Source: an uncultured bacterium (GTDB taxonomy: Bacteria; JAGOEH01). Taken from it: a stretch of DNA of 53,644 nt. Of this stretch, positions 52,221 to 53,644 are shown in pieces. The stretch is from contig CAZWDO010000024.1 in NCBI GenBank assembly GCA_964632485.1, forward strand, positions 1 through 53,644, read 5' to 3'. Position 1 is the first letter of the stretch; the number at the start of each line of letters is the position of its first letter. A program made the position numbers and the translations under genes. Under the pieces are notes generated by a model. That model was not told the DNA's origin. It worked only from the letters and a program-made list of their open reading frames with translations, and made no database searches.

Positions 52221-53103
52221 ATGGATACAGTTGTTAGTGAAAATAATATAACAGAAATAATCTGCACAAGTGCACTGAATAAATTAAAGAAAAAAATTCC
52301 TTATGGTTGGGATTTGAATATATACAGGGGGTGCAGTCATAATTGCAAATATTGTTATGCGATTTATTCTCACGAATTTATAGGAGAACAAGACTTTTCT
52401 AAAGTTTTTGCCAAGACAAATGTTGCTGAACAGCTTGATAAAGAATTAAGTAATCCAAAATGGAATAGAGAAATTATTAATATTGGTGGTGTTACAGATA
52501 GTTACCAAATAGCTGAGGAGAAAATGAAAATTATGCCTCAAGTTTTGAAGGTTTTAATTAAACATAAAACACCAGCTATCATTTCAACCAAATCAGATTT
52601 AATTCTTCGAGATTTTGACTTAATTGCTGAATTGTCAAAACTTACTTATGTTAATGTTGCTTCAACAATAACGACAATGAACGAAGATGACCGTAAAAAG
52701 ATTGAGCCTTATGGTAGCCCGAGTATACAGAGGTTTAATATGTTGAAAGAGTTTAGAAAAACAAATGCCTCTGTTGGATTACATACAATGCCAATAATTC
52801 CCTGCATAACAGATAGTTATTCAAACATTGAAAGTTTATGTTCAGAAGCAAGGGCTTCAAACGTTCATTATATGCTACCTGGTACTTTGTATTTGCGAGG
52901 AGCAGGTCAAGATATTCTTTGAATTTATAAAAGACCATTATCCAGATAAGTACGAGAATATGAAAATTCTATATAAAACAGGAGGAGCAGATAAATCATA
53001 TAAAGGAAAATTGTATAACGAGATTGTTAATCCATTACGTGAGAAATACGGAATTTCAAATAGCTATATTAAACTATTGAAAGAAAAAATACATAAAGAT
53101 TGA
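52221..53103 (+). pseudogene. Cassette 3 gene B: radical SAM protein (SPL-like), frameshifted near 52900
   Basis: LNIYRGCSHNCKYCYA, GGVTDSYQ and ISTKS; coding continues in another frame (...FFEFIKDHYP...KEKIHKD) to TGA 53103, just before the inverse core. Confidence 0.8.
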
Positions 53104-53113
53104 AAAAGCACGA

Positions 53114-53251
53114 CGGCACAACATCGTATATAAAACATTTGTCAGTCAGTACGTTATCAAGCATTTCAGCCCGTATCAAAAGTAGTTGTAACTTGACAGG
53201 AAAGTGCTTCGAAATGCCAAACGTTTCATATACGTATTCGTTGTAGCTAAT
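53114..53251 (+). repeat. attC-like site 3, homologous to site 1
   Basis: CGGCACAAC; arms CGTATATAAAACATTTGTCA (53125-53144) / TGCCAAACGTTTCATATACG (53215-53234); GTT at 53240. Confidence 0.85.
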
Positions 53252-53344
53252 GCCAAGAAAAGAGTCGTGCGGAGAAAAACAATGCTATTCCCATTAAATA
53301 TGCGGATAATAATTTATATATTTACCGCAAAAAGATAAAAGTTC

Positions 53345-53569
53345 ATGGCAAAATTCATCTATGAATACGACAAATGGCCTGAATTCATGTGGGATGACAA
53401 GAAAATTATTGTGAATTTAGGTAAAGTTCGACATCTACAAGGAAAGATTTTCGGACAGATGAGCGCGCTCGGATTTTCAATAAAAGAAGAAACATTATTA
53501 TCGACTTTAACCCAACTTTTGCAAGTGGCGATTTTATTTAAATTTGTTATAACCGTATATATAATATAG
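53345..53569 (+). pseudogene. Cassette 4: N-terminal fragment of a Fic-family (DUF4172-type) protein
   Basis: IYE...WP.F.WD...L.KVR..QGK..G.M..LGF...E..L.TLT; family resemblance stops near 53513 and no Fic domain follows. Confidence 0.7.
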
Positions 53570-53644
53570 TTTTAAGACTTTTATGTCAAGAAATAGATAT
53601 ATTTTTGACCTAATTGTCAAAAATTAAGTATTTGCTATTCAATA

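Larger units (their letters stand above)
50305..53569 (+). mobile_element. Integron-like gene-cassette array (decayed recombinase, three complete cassettes and one truncated cassette)
   Basis: Four CGTT-N6-MAT cores; three matching N6'-AAC inverse cores; attC-like hairpins between genes. Confidence 0.85.

Noticed and set aside
50680-53251. CRISPR array interpretation of the repeats
   Set aside because: The repeats are over 100 bp, divergent and separated by whole genes, and no cas genes are present.
49600-53644. Classical tRNA-targeted genomic island or prophage
   Set aside because: I found no duplicated tRNA 3' end or phage genes in the window, and the recombinase fragment starts about 630 bp away; the proximity may be incidental.

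Overview
This is a bacterial chromosomal window from a draft scaffold with three 10-N gaps. The gene content looks like an FCB-group-type organism, but that is only an impression. Positions 1-46.3 kb are mostly ordinary host genes: the C-terminus of a CHAT protease; a 4-gene minus-strand cluster (pyruvyltransferase-family, SDR-reductase/acyl-CoA synthetase fusion, hypothetical, GMC oxidoreductase); a DMT transporter; serA; a CHASE2 adenylate cyclase; a YbgA-like protein; alpha-2-macroglobulin; NUDIX/radical SAM/alr; a long ispE-spoVG-rplY-pth-rpsF-rpsR-rplI-histidine kinase run; pyk; and dnaK-grpE-trxB-thioredoxin-OsmC. From about 46.4 kb the sequence becomes AT-richer and accessory. The main discovery lies downstream of tRNA-Arg(UCG), at about 50.3-53.6 kb: a non-canonical integron-like cassette array. 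A decayed tyrosine recombinase that does not look like IntI is followed on the same strand by an attI-like site and four cassette starts sharing the core CGTT-N6-(C/A)AT. Each complete cassette ends in the exact reverse complement of its own 6-mer plus AAC, followed by a ~100-125 bp attC-like hairpin. One cassette is a 132-bp gene-less, GC-rich unit whose predicted excised circle is almost entirely self-complementary. All calls come from reading the sequence; no database searches were run.
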